Positions 8,970-18,606 of a DNA stretch of 64,000 bases are shown here, in pieces. Under the pieces are notes generated by a model. The model was not told where the DNA came from and did not search any database. It was given only the letters and a program-made list of their open reading frames with translations. A program made the translations under genes and the position numbers. The first letter of the stretch is position 1. Every line of letters starts with the position of its first letter. This DNA comes from a bacterium (GTDB lineage: Bacteria; Planctomycetota; UBA1135; GCA-002686595): contig JAAELL010000032.1 in the NCBI GenBank assembly GCA_024226735.1, positions 57,879-121,878 on the forward strand, given 5' to 3'.

Positions 8970-11923
8970 CGCTCTCGCTGCCTCCGCAGGCCGCGCAGCC
9001 GAAACCCGGTCCCGCCGCTGGTCGCCTCCGCGGGCAGGCCAAATCCGCCGCTCGCCTTCGCCATCTCCGGATCCGCCTGGCTCCACGCGCCGCCCCCGAG
9101 CAGACGGTCGTGGCCACGCGAGCCGTACCACCCGTCGAGCCACTCCCGCGCCCCGCCCGTGATGTCGAACACGCCGGCGATCGAGCGGTCGACAGGATAG
9201 CGCATCACCGGCCCCGGCCGAGCCGTCGGGTGGGCGAAGCACGTCCGCGCCCACTTCGCGCGGTAGCGGTTGCCCCAGGGGTAGAGCCGCTGGGAACCGA
9301 GGCGCGCGGCGAAGGCGAACTCCTCGCGATTGGGAAGCCCGAACTCCATCTCGTCGGTGCCGTGCCGTTCGTCGAACCAAGCCGCGTAAGCCTGCGCGTC
9401 GTTCCACGACACGCCCAGTACGGGCCAGTCGCCACGCCAGTCGCTGCGGAGCGCGTACCGCCCGTCGGCGCCCCGCACCCAGATCGACTCGATCGCCGAG
9501 CCGATCTCCTGCCGCGGGAACCGAATCGGATCCGCGCTCGTATCGATCGCGGTGAGCGTCGCGGGCTCGTTCAGGTACTCGAGATAGGCGTCGCTCGTCA
9601 CCTCGTGCTCCTGGATCCAGAGCTCGGGCAGACGGCCGCTCGAATCGTACAGCCGCACGAAACCGGCGGGGCCGGCGCCGGCCGGCGTGAGCTCGACGCT
9701 CGCGTGAAGGTCGCCCGAAGCCGGCCCCACGTCGAAGACGAGGTCCTCGTAGCCCGGGTGCCGCACGGTGACCATGTAGGAGCCACGATCGAGCTCGGAC
9801 ACGAGCGGCGCCAAGCCGACCCGCGTCGCGGGTGAGAGCATCGCCGGCGCCGCGTTGGGGCGCACGTCGAGACCCGGCGCGAGATCGGCGTCGATGCGTT
9901 CGCCGTCGCGCACGAGCTCCGACGGCAAGACCTCGCGGTCTGCTGACGTGACCAGACGCAGCGGTACGAGGAGCTCGACGCCGAGCTCCGTGAGGTCCGC
10001 CTCGACCTCGAACGTCTCGTGGCCACGGGCGAACACGCAGAGCTGCTTGCCCGTGACGAGGTTCGCAATCCCCCACTCGTCGGCGACGGTCTGGCCGTCG
10101 ACGCTGACCAGGCGGTCGAACGCGGCGATCGCACCGCCGCCCCGCGCGACGAGCACCGAGCCCTCGATCGGATGTCCGGCCACCGCCACGATCGAGTCGC
10201 TCCGTCGCGCCGCACCGGCATCGTGAACGACTTCGAGCGCCCAGGTTCCCGGCGGCACGGGGGGCTCGCCACTCAATGAGACCGGCACGAGCCGCGGCTC
10301 TCCGCCTGACACGAGGTCGCGCTCGGACCGGAAGCGCACGATGTGCACCTCGGCTCCGAGGGGCACCGTATCGACCGCGAGCCGGATCGTGCGCGCGAGC
10401 CGTACGGCCGTCTCACCGCCCGGATCGGCCTCGAGCGCCATGCGCGCGTAGAAGTCGACCGCCTCCGAGTCGTACTCTTCGATCGCGATCTGGCGGCGCT
10501 CGAAATAGAGCTCGGCACGCACCGCGTCCGTCCCCGCGACGTCCTCGTCGATCCGTTCGGCGCGCGCGAGGAGGTCGAGGACGGCGTAGAACGTGCGCTC
10601 CCAGTCGCGCTCGAGCTGCTCGACCTCTCCCTCGTGCGCATCGAGGCTCCGGTATTCCCCGTCCGTCATGTAGCGGTACGCGAGCTGCTCCTGCAGGTTC
10701 TTGACGCTCCCGCGCACCGTGCGCACCTCCTCGCGCTCGCCGCGCAACTCGGCGATGCGGTCCCGTGCACGCTCGACGGTCGCGGCCGCCTCGCGCCGCC
10801 GTTCCCGCGCCACGTCGCGCGACTGGTACGCGAGCAGCGCCACGAGGAAAGCGAGCAGCGCGGCGGCCGTCACGGCGCTGGCGAAGATCGCCGGCCGCTG
10901 GCGCGCGGACCGACGCCAGCGTGCAAGCAGGGAGGGCGGGCGCGAGCGGATGGGCCGCAGCTCGAGGATCGCCTCGAGATCGCCGGCAAGCTCTGCTGCG
11001 CTCTGGAAGCGGTCACCCGGCTCGCGCGCCATCGCGCGCATGACGACGACTTCGACGTCACGCGGAATCGAGGCGTCGAGCCCGCGCAGGGGCTCGGGGT
11101 CGCGCGAAAGCACGCGGTGGAAGACCTCCTCGATCGTCTTGCCCGGGAATGGCGTGCGCCCCAACAGGCACTCGTAGAGCGTGACGCCCAGTGAGTACAC
11201 GTCGGTGCGTCCGTCGACCTTGCTTCCCTCGACCTGTTCGGGAGCCGCGTAGCCGGGCGAGCCAGCGAACTGGTCGGTGAGCGTCGCCATCGAGCCTTCG
11301 AGATCGCGCGCGAGACCGAAGTCGAGCAGCCGCACGTCGCCGTCCTCGCCGACGAGGATGTTCGATGGCTTGAGATCACGGTGAACGATGCTCTGCGCGT
11401 GCGCGTGCTCGAGCGCGCGTGCGAGACGCGCCCCCCAGCGCACGACCGTCGGCACCGAAGGGCGTTCGGCCGCGAGCACCTCCCCGAGCGAATGTCCCGG
11501 CAGGTGCTCCATCGCGAGGTAGCGCACGCCGCCGGCGATGCCCACCTCGTGCACACTGACGATTCCAGGGTGCCGTAGGCGAGCGATCGCACGCCCTTCG
11601 CGCAAAAGCCGCTCCTGGGTCGCCGGTACATCCGCGAGCTCGGGCCGCGTCACCTTGAGGGCGACGAGTCGGCCGAGCGACTCTTGCTCGGCGAGGTACA
11701 CGGTCGCCATCCCGCCCGCACCGAGCTGCTCGATGATGCGAAAGTCGCCGATGCGGCGAGCGGACTCGGGATCGGACAGCGAGCGGTGCAGATCGCGGAT
11801 CACGTCGCACACGTCTTCGGCGAGCCCGGGGTGGCGCGCGATGAACGCGTCGGGCGATTCGAGATGCCCGCCCATCGCGGCGTCGAGGTAGCGGTTGTAG
11901 GCACGGTCGGAATCGGGCGGCAC
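8966..11923 (-). CDS. Ser/Thr protein kinase fused to C-terminal FGE-sulfatase-like (SUMF1/DUF323) domain that lacks the catalytic cysteines
   Basis: Hanks kinase motifs GAGGMATVY, VALK, HRDLKPSNIL, DFG and APE. A TM segment (AIFASAVTAAALLAFLVALLAY) follows, then a coiled-coil linker. The C-terminal FGE-like region (WNDAQAYAAW...YPWGN...GFRLRG) has no Cys in the last about 60 residues, where FGE carries CxPxYC. Confidence 0.85.
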   Translation of the reverse strand: MPPDSDRAYNRYLDAAMGGHLESPDAFIARHPGLAEDVCDVIRDLHRSLSDPESARRIGDFRIIEQLGAGGMATVYLAEQESLGRLVALKVTRPELADVPATQERLLREGRAIARLRHPGIVSVHEVGIAGGVRYLAMEHLPGHSLGEVLAAERPSVPTVVRWGARLARALEHAHAQSIVHRDLKPSNILVGEDGDVRLLDFGLARDLEGSMATLTDQFAGSPGYAAPEQVEGSKVDGRTDVYSLGVTLYECLLGRTPFPGKTIEEVFHRVLSRDPEPLRGLDASIPRDVEVVVMRAMAREPGDRFQSAAELAGDLEAILELRPIRSRPPSLLARWRRSARQRPAIFASAVTAAALLAFLVALLAYQSRDVARERRREAAATVERARDRIAELRGEREEVRTVRGSVKNLQEQLAYRYMTDGEYRSLDAHEGEVEQLERDWERTFYAVLDLLARAERIDEDVAGTDAVRAELYFERRQIAIEEYDSEAVDFYARMALEADPGGETAVRLARTIRLAVDTVPLGAEVHIVRFRSERDLVSGGEPRLVPVSLSGEPPVPPGTWALEVVHDAGAARRSDSIVAVAGHPIEGSVLVARGGGAIAAFDRLVSVDGQTVADEWGIANLVTGKQLCVFARGHETFEVEADLTELGVELLVPLRLVTSADREVLPSELVRDGERIDADLAPGLDVRPNAAPAMLSPATRVGLAPLVSELDRGSYMVTVRHPGYEDLVFDVGPASGDLHASVELTPAGAGPAGFVRLYDSSGRLPELWIQEHEVTSDAYLEYLNEPATLTAIDTSADPIRFPRQEIGSAIESIWVRGADGRYALRSDWRGDWPVLGVSWNDAQAYAAWFDERHGTDEMEFGLPNREEFAFAARLGSQRLYPWGNRYRAKWARTCFAHPTARPGPVMRYPVDRSIAGVFDITGGAREWLDGWYGSRGHDRLLGGGAWSQADPEMAKASGGFGLPAEATSGGTGFRLRGLRRQRER

Positions 11924-11948
11924 CGGGCCAGGATAGCTTGAACCGGCC

Positions 11949-12515
11949 CTATTTGGCTGCCTCTGGCGCCTCCTCCAGCGCCGAACGGACCCATTCGTGC
12001 AGGCGCTCGACGCCCTTGAGCATCGCGTGCTCGGCCGTGCGCCCCAGCTCCCCCTGATCGGCGCAGACCCCCCCGATCGGCTCGCCAGCGGGCGGGATCT
12101 TCCAAATGTGCTTGTCGCCCGGTTTGCGCAGGCAGACGCTCAGCGAGTAGATGACGCTCTGTCCAGGAACCCCGGGCAAATCCTCGTGCACGTTGAAGAA
12201 GTGGGCGTCGCCCATGTTCAGGTGCAGCTCGTACGGCGCGTCGGCGCCCCCTGTGAACAGGCGCGCGACGTGCCGCCCCGCGTCGAGCTCGAAGCTCGGG
12301 CCGCCGGGGCGCGCCGCGGTGCGCAGGCGCGCCAGCTCTCCCATCGGCCGCACGTCGGCGATCGGCTGCAGCCAGTCGAAGTCGTCCTCCGTCGTGACCA
12401 GACTCGGATCCTTGTTCCAGCCGGCCGGGCGCGGCGGCGGCTCGGAGCAGGCGCAGAGCGCGGCCACGAGCACTGGCAGTGCGGCACGCAGGGGAACGAG
12501 CATACGACGGCTCAT
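11949..12515 (-). CDS. Lipoprotein of unknown function
   Basis: The start ATG at 12515 overlaps the upstream glycosylase stop (ATGA). The signal peptide with lipobox is MSRRMLVPLRAALPVLVAALCAC. No recognised domain was found. Confidence 0.55.
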   Translation of the reverse strand: MSRRMLVPLRAALPVLVAALCACSEPPPRPAGWNKDPSLVTTEDDFDWLQPIADVRPMGELARLRTAARPGGPSFELDAGRHVARLFTGGADAPYELHLNMGDAHFFNVHEDLPGVPGQSVIYSLSVCLRKPGDKHIWKIPPAGEPIGGVCADQGELGRTAEHAMLKGVERLHEWVRSALEEAPEAAK

Positions 12516-13150
12516 CCTGCCTCTTCCTCGAGAATGCGCCAGAGGACCCAGCTCGCGACGCTGCGCAGCGGTGCCCAGACCTCGGCACGCTCGAGCAGCT
12601 CGGCCGGCCCCGGCCGCTCGTCGAGCCCGTCGAGTCGCCGCAGCCCTTCCTGCAGCCCAAGGTCGCCGCCGGCCATCACGTCGAGCCGGCCGAGGCGAAA
12701 CATCAGAAACATCTGCGCGGTCCACACGCCGATCCCGCGCACGCGGGTGAGTGCTTCGATCACGTCCTCGTCACCCTTGCGCCCAATCGGCGCGAGGCGC
12801 AGCGAGCCGTCCTCGATCCGTGTCGCCAGGTCGCGCAGCGCGAGCAGCTTGCCCTGCGACAAGCCCGCGCCGCGCAGCGCGCCATCGGTCAGCTCCAGGA
12901 GCTCGGGCGGCCGCGGGAAGGAGCGCCCTGGCGTCAGCGCACAGACCCGGTCGTGGATCGTACGCGCCGCCTTCGTCGAAAGCTGCTGACTCGTGATCGA
13001 GCGCGCGAGCGCCTGGTAGTGCGTGCGGTACGGCTGATCGCGGTTGGGGAAACCCGGATAGCGCGGCACCCGCTTCAGCGCCGTGCCGAGCACGGGATCG
13101 CGTCGCGCGAGCGCGCGGAGCTGTGCCGGCGTCGGGCGCGTCGGCTTCAC
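12512..13150 (-). CDS. HhH-GPD DNA glycosylase (AlkA-like, 3-methyladenine DNA glycosylase II C-terminal domain)
   Basis: Helix-hairpin-helix GPD motif LTRVRGIGVWTAQMFLMF with a catalytic-Asp region (GGDLGLQEG), and 212 aa. The GTG start overlaps the pepN stop (GTGA). Confidence 0.75.
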   Translation of the reverse strand: MKPTRPTPAQLRALARRDPVLGTALKRVPRYPGFPNRDQPYRTHYQALARSITSQQLSTKAARTIHDRVCALTPGRSFPRPPELLELTDGALRGAGLSQGKLLALRDLATRIEDGSLRLAPIGRKGDEDVIEALTRVRGIGVWTAQMFLMFRLGRLDVMAGGDLGLQEGLRRLDGLDERPGPAELLERAEVWAPLRSVASWVLWRILEEEAG

Positions 13151-15246
13151 GGCTCGAGCTCCAGGAGCTCTTGGATCTCACTGCGCACCGCCGGTGACGG
13201 CTCGATGCCAACGCGGGTCAAGAGTGCCTCGTACTCGTCGCCCCCCGGCTCGAACTGGCTACGCGCGGAGTGCTGGATCAGCGTGTGCACCGCCGCCCGG
13301 CGCACGCGCGGCGCGGGGTCGGACGTCGCTAGACGCATCAGCACGTCGACGGCACGCGGGTCGTCGAAATCGGCGAGCGTCGAAGCGCGTTCGCGCAAGA
13401 GTTCCTCGGGGCCCTCGGTCGCGAGGCGCAGGATCGCGACGCGCGCGCGATCCTCGCGCTCGGCGAGCTCGCGCAGCCGCGGCAAGGCGCGCCACTGCAT
13501 CGCTGGAGCGCTCTGAAGCGTCGACTGGTGCATCCACATCGCCAGCGGCTTGTCGAGATCGATCGCGCACAGCAGCACTCCGGCGGGATCGATGACGACG
13601 TTTGCGAGCTCGGCGTCGTGCAAGGGCAGACGCAACGTCTCCTGCTCGCCGTCGAGACGAACGCGGTGACGGGCGACCGTCCCGTCGACGTAGTAGAGGT
13701 CGAGCTCGAGCGGGATCTCGAACAAGGGCACGAGCTCGCTCGTCTCCTGAACCTGACGCACGTCGAGCTCGAGCACGTCGCCCGCAGCTGCCTCGAACGA
13801 CACCTCGAGGCGCGGGAAGCCGCCACCCTCGACCCACTGTTCGACGAAGCCTTCGAGGTTGACGCCGGTCTCGTCGAAGACGGTCCGCACGAAGTCCCCG
13901 GTCGTGACGAGGCCACCCGCATGACGGTCGAGGTACGCTCGCGTCGCGCGCCAGAACGCCTCGTCGCCTAGCCGCGCCCGGATCATGTGCAGGATCCAAG
14001 GCCCCTTGGTGTAGAGGTGGTTCGCGCGGTCGCCCGCCGACTGCGTCCGCCAGTCGAGCACGACCGGGACGTCGGCGTCGGGCCGAATCTGGTACCACTC
14101 GCGGTAACGCTCGAGCCACAGCGCCGCTCTGCCCTCCCCGGCGACGTGGCCCTCGTAGAGGATCTCGAGATAGGAGGCCCAAGCTTCGTTGAGCCACAGG
14201 TGGCTCCAGCCGAAGCACGTGACGTGGTTGCCGAACCACTGGTGCGCGAGCTCGTGCGCGACGAGTAGACGCGGGTCGCCGTCGAGGTCGGCGATCTCCT
14301 CGGCGTCACCGATCAAGCGGTCGTGCACGATCGTGAGCGACGCGTTCTCCATGCCGGCGCTCCGGAAGTCGGTCACGGCGACCTGCGCGTACTTGGCGTA
14401 CGGATACGGCTCGTCGAGCAGCTCGGTGAAGAAGGCCATCATCGCTGGCGTCTCGCCGAACGCGCGCCGCGCCCGCTCCTCGCCCGTCCCGGGTGCGACG
14501 TAGTACTCGAGCGGCAGCCCCTGCCACTCGTCCGCGTACCGCTCCCAGCGTCCCGCCGCGACCGCGATCAGGTAGGTCGGAATCGACTGCGCCGTGCGCC
14601 AGCGGAACGTCCGTTCCCCGAGATCGTGGACGTCGACGCCGAGCAGCTCGCCGTTCGAGAGCGCCGTCATCTCGAAGCCGACGCGCAGCTTCGCGTCGAC
14701 GGTCGCGCGGTCGCTCGGGTAGTCCCACGTCGGCAGCCAGTGCCGGTTCTGCTCGCGCTGCCCCTGGGTCCAGATCTGTGGCGCAAACCCCTGCGCGTGC
14801 TTCGAAGCCTCGCGGAAGTGCATCCCGCGCTCCGGCCGCGCGACGTAGCGGATGCGCAGGCTCTCCTCCTCGCCCACCGCGAGCGGCTCGGCGAGCTCGA
14901 TCGTGAGCCAGGGGTCCTCGAGGCGGAACGCGAGGACGTGTCCAGCGGCATCGAGCACCTCACGCACCTCGAGCCCGACCGCGTGCAGGCGCACCTGCTG
15001 CGTGTCCTCGCGCAGCGCCCGAATCCAGTTGGTGACCGTGCCGTGCACGCGCCGGCCCTCGAAGTCGAGCACGAGATCGAGCGAGACGTGGATCAGGTCG
15101 CAGTCCCGGTCCCAACCGTTGTGCTCGAGCGTGTCGGCGCGCAGCGCGAGCGACCCGCGCCCCGCCCCGGCTCCCGGCACCGAGCAGGAGGCCGCGCAGG
15201 CCGACAGGAGAGCGGCCAAGGCCCAGGGAAAGTTGTGGCGTTTCAT
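13147..15246 (-). CDS. pepN: M1-family zinc aminopeptidase (aminopeptidase N-like) with signal peptide/lipobox and C-terminal HEAT-like repeats
   Basis: The HEXXH-18-E zincin signature sits in VAHELAHQWFGNHVT...WLNEAWASY. The N-terminus MKRHNFPWALAALLSACAASCS starts from the internal ATG at 15246. The ORF ATG at 15303 adds a non-signal extension. Confidence 0.85.
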   Translation of the reverse strand: MKRHNFPWALAALLSACAASCSVPGAGAGRGSLALRADTLEHNGWDRDCDLIHVSLDLVLDFEGRRVHGTVTNWIRALREDTQQVRLHAVGLEVREVLDAAGHVLAFRLEDPWLTIELAEPLAVGEEESLRIRYVARPERGMHFREASKHAQGFAPQIWTQGQREQNRHWLPTWDYPSDRATVDAKLRVGFEMTALSNGELLGVDVHDLGERTFRWRTAQSIPTYLIAVAAGRWERYADEWQGLPLEYYVAPGTGEERARRAFGETPAMMAFFTELLDEPYPYAKYAQVAVTDFRSAGMENASLTIVHDRLIGDAEEIADLDGDPRLLVAHELAHQWFGNHVTCFGWSHLWLNEAWASYLEILYEGHVAGEGRAALWLERYREWYQIRPDADVPVVLDWRTQSAGDRANHLYTKGPWILHMIRARLGDEAFWRATRAYLDRHAGGLVTTGDFVRTVFDETGVNLEGFVEQWVEGGGFPRLEVSFEAAAGDVLELDVRQVQETSELVPLFEIPLELDLYYVDGTVARHRVRLDGEQETLRLPLHDAELANVVIDPAGVLLCAIDLDKPLAMWMHQSTLQSAPAMQWRALPRLRELAEREDRARVAILRLATEGPEELLRERASTLADFDDPRAVDVLMRLATSDPAPRVRRAAVHTLIQHSARSQFEPGGDEYEALLTRVGIEPSPAVRSEIQELLELEP

Positions 15247-15428
15247 CGTCTGCTTGGTCGGATCCGCGCCCGGGAAGCTAGTCCGGCCACGGGTCCAAGG
15301 CAAGTGACTCCGAAACCTTCCCGGCAGCTAGGAATGGCGTCCCCCGAGCGGTAACTTTGCCCGCGCGTGCGCGGAGAAGATGTCCGCCGCCGCTCTCTCA
15401 AACCCCAACCCCCCAAAGAGCCGCCAAA

Positions 15429-17615
15429 ATGATGGCCACGACTCGGCAAGAAGCGGTCCGCTCCATCTCCAGTGACACGTGGGAATTCCGTGAGAACGAG
15501 CACGGAAACGCCCGCCTGACGGAGATCTTCGGCAAGTACGTCTTCAACGACCAAGTCCAACGCCAGCGCCTGCCCGGAGCGGTCTACCGCGCCCTGCGCA
15601 ACACGATCGAGACGGGCGCCCGGCTCGAGCCGGAGATCGCGGACGGCGTCGCGACGGCGATGAAGGATTGGGCGATCGAGCACGGCGCGACGCACTACAC
15701 GCACTGGTTCCAGCCGATGACCGGCCTGACGGCCGAGAAGCACGACTCGTTCCTGATGCCAACGAGCGAGGGCCAGGCGATCCTCGAGTTCTCCGGCAAG
15801 CAGCTCGCCCAGGGTGAGCCCGACGCTTCCTCGTTCCCCTCAGGAGGCCTGCGCGCGACGTTCGAGGCGCGCGGCTACACGGCCTGGGACCCGACTTCTC
15901 CCGCTTTCCTGCGCAAGTCATCGGACGGCGCGACGCTGACGATCCCCACCGCGTTCTGCTCGTGGACCGGGGACGCGCTCGACAAGAAGACGCCGCTCCT
16001 GCGCTCCTGCGAAGCGGTATCGAGCTCGGCGACGCGCCTGTTGAACATGATCGGCGAGGCGTCGGTGACCCGCGTCATGCCCACGGCCGGCACGGAGCAG
16101 GAGTACTTCCTGCTCGACCGTCAGTTCTTCACCCTGCGCCCCGACTTGGTGAGCGCCGGGCGGACGCTGTTCGGCGCACGGCCGTACAAGGGCCAGGAGT
16201 TCGACGATCACTACTTCGGCGCGATCAGCCAGCGCGTCCTGCGCTTCATGCAGGATCTCGAGCACGAGCTGTGGCTGCTGGGCGTACCGATCAAGACGCG
16301 CCACAACGAGGTCGCCCCGTCGCAGTTCGAGCTGGCTCCGGTCTTCAGCGCGATCTCCGTGTCGTGCGACCAGAACATGCTGACGATGGACGTCATCCAG
16401 GACGTCGCCGAGCGGCACGGGCTCGCGGCGCTCCTGCACGAGAAGCCCTTCGCGGCCCTGAACGGAAGCGGCAAGCACCTCAACTGGTCGCTCGCCGACA
16501 ACCTCGGCCACAACCTGCTCGACCCCGGGCACACGCCGCACGAGAACCTGAAGTTCATGCTGTTCCTGACGGCGATCATCGCCGGCGTGGATCGCCACCA
16601 GGACCTCCTGCGCGCCTCGATCGCCTCGGCCGGAAACGACCACCGCCTCGGTGCGAACGAGGCCCCGCCGGCGATCATCTCGATCTTCGTCGGGACCCAG
16701 CTCGAGGAAGTGCTCAACGCCCTGATCGAGGGCCGCGCTCCGGCCGGTACGGACGGCGGCAACCTGCGCCTGGGCGTCAACACGCTGCCCGAGCTGCCGC
16801 GCGACATGTCCGACCGCAACCGCACTTCGCCCTTCGCCTTCACGGGCAACAAGTTCGAGTTCCGCGCCGTCGGCTCCAACCAGTCGATCGCGTACCCCGC
16901 CGCGTTCCTGAACCTGATCGTCGCCGAGTCCCTCGACGCGATCAGCGATCGGCTCGAGGCCCTGGGCGGGGCGACCGCCGAGAACATCCAGGCGGTCGTG
17001 CGCGAGACGCTCACCGCCCACCAGCGCATCCTGTTCGGCGGCGACAACTACTCGGACGCCTGGCGCGAGGAAGCGGCCCGGCGTGGCCTGCTGAACCGCA
17101 TCGGGACCCCGACGGCGCTCGCCGACTGGTCCTCCGAAGAGAACAAGGCGCTGTTCGAGCGCTACGGGGTCCTGTCCCGGACGGAGCTCGAGTCGCGCTT
17201 CCAGGTCCAGAGCGAGAAGTACGCGAACACGATCAACGTCGAGGCGATCGCGACCCGCGACATCGCGACCACGATGATCCTGCCGGCCGCCATGGCCCAC
17301 CAGAGGCAGCTGGCGGAGTCGATCTCGAGCGTCAGCACGGTCCTGGGCGCCGATGCGGTCGCGGGCCAGAAAGAGCTCCTGGTGACGGTCTCGAAGGCCA
17401 TCGACGACATGAAGCATTCGGTCGATGAGCTCCTGGCGATCCAGGAGGAGCTCGAGGCCTCCGAGGCCGAGCCCCACGAGCACGCGGTCGCCTACCGCGA
17501 GCGCATCCTGCCGGCCATGGACGCGGTCCGGGGGGCGGCGGACCTGCTCGAGCGGCTCGTCGACGACGACCTCTGGCCCCTCCCCAAGTACCGCGAGATG
17601 CTGTTCATCCACTGA
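15429..17615 (+). CDS. glnN: Glutamine synthetase type III
   Basis: Length of about 729 aa and GS-III-type N-terminus ([24 protein letters not shown]...[13 protein letters not shown]). The catalytic-domain region carries NGSGKH. Confidence 0.85.
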   Translation: MMATTRQEAVRSISSDTWEFRENEHGNARLTEIFGKYVFNDQVQRQRLPGAVYRALRNTIETGARLEPEIADGVATAMKDWAIEHGATHYTHWFQPMTGLTAEKHDSFLMPTSEGQAILEFSGKQLAQGEPDASSFPSGGLRATFEARGYTAWDPTSPAFLRKSSDGATLTIPTAFCSWTGDALDKKTPLLRSCEAVSSSATRLLNMIGEASVTRVMPTAGTEQEYFLLDRQFFTLRPDLVSAGRTLFGARPYKGQEFDDHYFGAISQRVLRFMQDLEHELWLLGVPIKTRHNEVAPSQFELAPVFSAISVSCDQNMLTMDVIQDVAERHGLAALLHEKPFAALNGSGKHLNWSLADNLGHNLLDPGHTPHENLKFMLFLTAIIAGVDRHQDLLRASIASAGNDHRLGANEAPPAIISIFVGTQLEEVLNALIEGRAPAGTDGGNLRLGVNTLPELPRDMSDRNRTSPFAFTGNKFEFRAVGSNQSIAYPAAFLNLIVAESLDAISDRLEALGGATAENIQAVVRETLTAHQRILFGGDNYSDAWREEAARRGLLNRIGTPTALADWSSEENKALFERYGVLSRTELESRFQVQSEKYANTINVEAIATRDIATTMILPAAMAHQRQLAESISSVSTVLGADAVAGQKELLVTVSKAIDDMKHSVDELLAIQEELEASEAEPHEHAVAYRERILPAMDAVRGAADLLERLVDDDLWPLPKYREMLFIH

Positions 17616-17707
17616 TCCGCGACGCGCAGGGCTGTCCGACTCCGGGGCGGGCTTCCACGGGGAGCTCGCCCCAGGTCGTTTCCGGCCGCCGTGGCACGCG
17701 TCTTGAG

Positions 17708-17732
17708 CGTTAGTGGATCCGCGCCACTAACG
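17708..17732. promoter_or_regulatory. Perfect 9-bp/7-nt-loop inverted repeat CGTTAGTGG-atccgcg-CCACTAACG in the low-GC spacer upstream of the small basic protein gene
   Basis: The repeat is seen directly. It sits about 93 nt after the glnN stop, with no T-tract following. It is therefore more likely an operator/protein-binding palindrome, or a weak terminator. Confidence 0.4.
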
Positions 17733-17919
17733 AGATCGCACTCAGCACGATAAGTGACAGGCCAAGCAACATCGGACGGATTGCAAAGCCGAATGTACGC
17801 AGCACAAGACACTGGGTAAAACCGACAAATCGGGTTGATCGGACGCGTGTTTTGCCGACAATCGAGTTCTCTCGCTAGCGCAGACTTACACCCGAGCCTG
17901 TCAAGACGACCCGACACCT

Positions 17920-18252
17920 ATGGCCAAGAAAAAAGCAACGAAGTCGCCGGCACCCGGAAAGAAACGCTATCGGCGGTCAGACGAGGAACTCATCGAGGAC
18001 CTCAAGGACCGCATCAAGGAGCTGAAGGTCCGGCAGGAATCCCGCCGGCTGAAGCAATCGCCCGCGTTCAAGTCCGCCGCCACCGCGGTGCGCTATATCG
18101 ACAAGGCGCTCGAATACGCGGCGGAGGAATCCAACGCCAAACTGCGACACGCCCTGGCGGATAGCCGCAAGCCGCTGGAGACCTTCCTCGCCGCCGAGGG
18201 CTTCAAACTTCCGAAGGCACGACTACCGCGCGGCCGACGCCCGCGCGAGTAG
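17920..18252 (+). CDS. Small Lys/Arg-rich basic protein (110 aa), unknown function
   Basis: A clean ORF with ATG start, preceded by an unusually low-GC (about 55%) 300-bp spacer. The N-terminus is MAKKKATKSPAPGKKRYRR. No family was recognised. Confidence 0.5.
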   Translation: MAKKKATKSPAPGKKRYRRSDEELIEDLKDRIKELKVRQESRRLKQSPAFKSAATAVRYIDKALEYAAEESNAKLRHALADSRKPLETFLAAEGFKLPKARLPRGRRPRE

Positions 18253-18496
18253 AGCGACAGCCTGCATCGAGGCGGCCCACACACTTCCCGCGCACCTCAA
18301 AAAAAGGGCGGAAAGTCGGGCGATTCCGCGAACTCAGCGCGTTTCCTACTACGGAAAGGCTAAGGGTGGCTTGCGTCGCCTGTGGTCCCCATTCCTTCTA
18401 GAGCGTCCGGGCCCCACGAGCCCGCTGCTCGCTCCGAGGCGCCTGGCGGACCTCCGCGGGGAGCTTCGGAAGAGGGGGAACCGAAACGAGAGAGTC

Positions 18497-18530
18497 ATGG
18501 ACGCGCCAGTCTCCGGGCTGGCGCGTCCAT
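18497..18530 (-). terminator. 13-bp-stem hairpin (ATGGACGCGCCAG-8nt-CTGGCGCGTCCAT) about 75 nt downstream of the cupin/CDO operon on the minus strand
   Basis: A perfect inverted repeat is seen directly. It is followed on the minus strand by the U-rich-ish gactctctcgtttcgg. It could also terminate the plus-strand small gene. Confidence 0.35.
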
Positions 18531-18606
18531 AAATCTGCCGCTCCAGCGCCGCGCCGCCCAAGCGTTACAACGCGCCGGCACGAACCAGAAAACGGGCCCG
18601 GTGCAC

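Noticed and set aside
8409-10076. 555-aa ORF extending the sigma-factor frame upstream
   Set aside because: Only the last about 186 codons have sigma-70 motifs. The upstream part overlaps the kinase C-terminal domain out of frame and has no start codon context. A TTG coupled to the kinase stop gives a normal ECF length.
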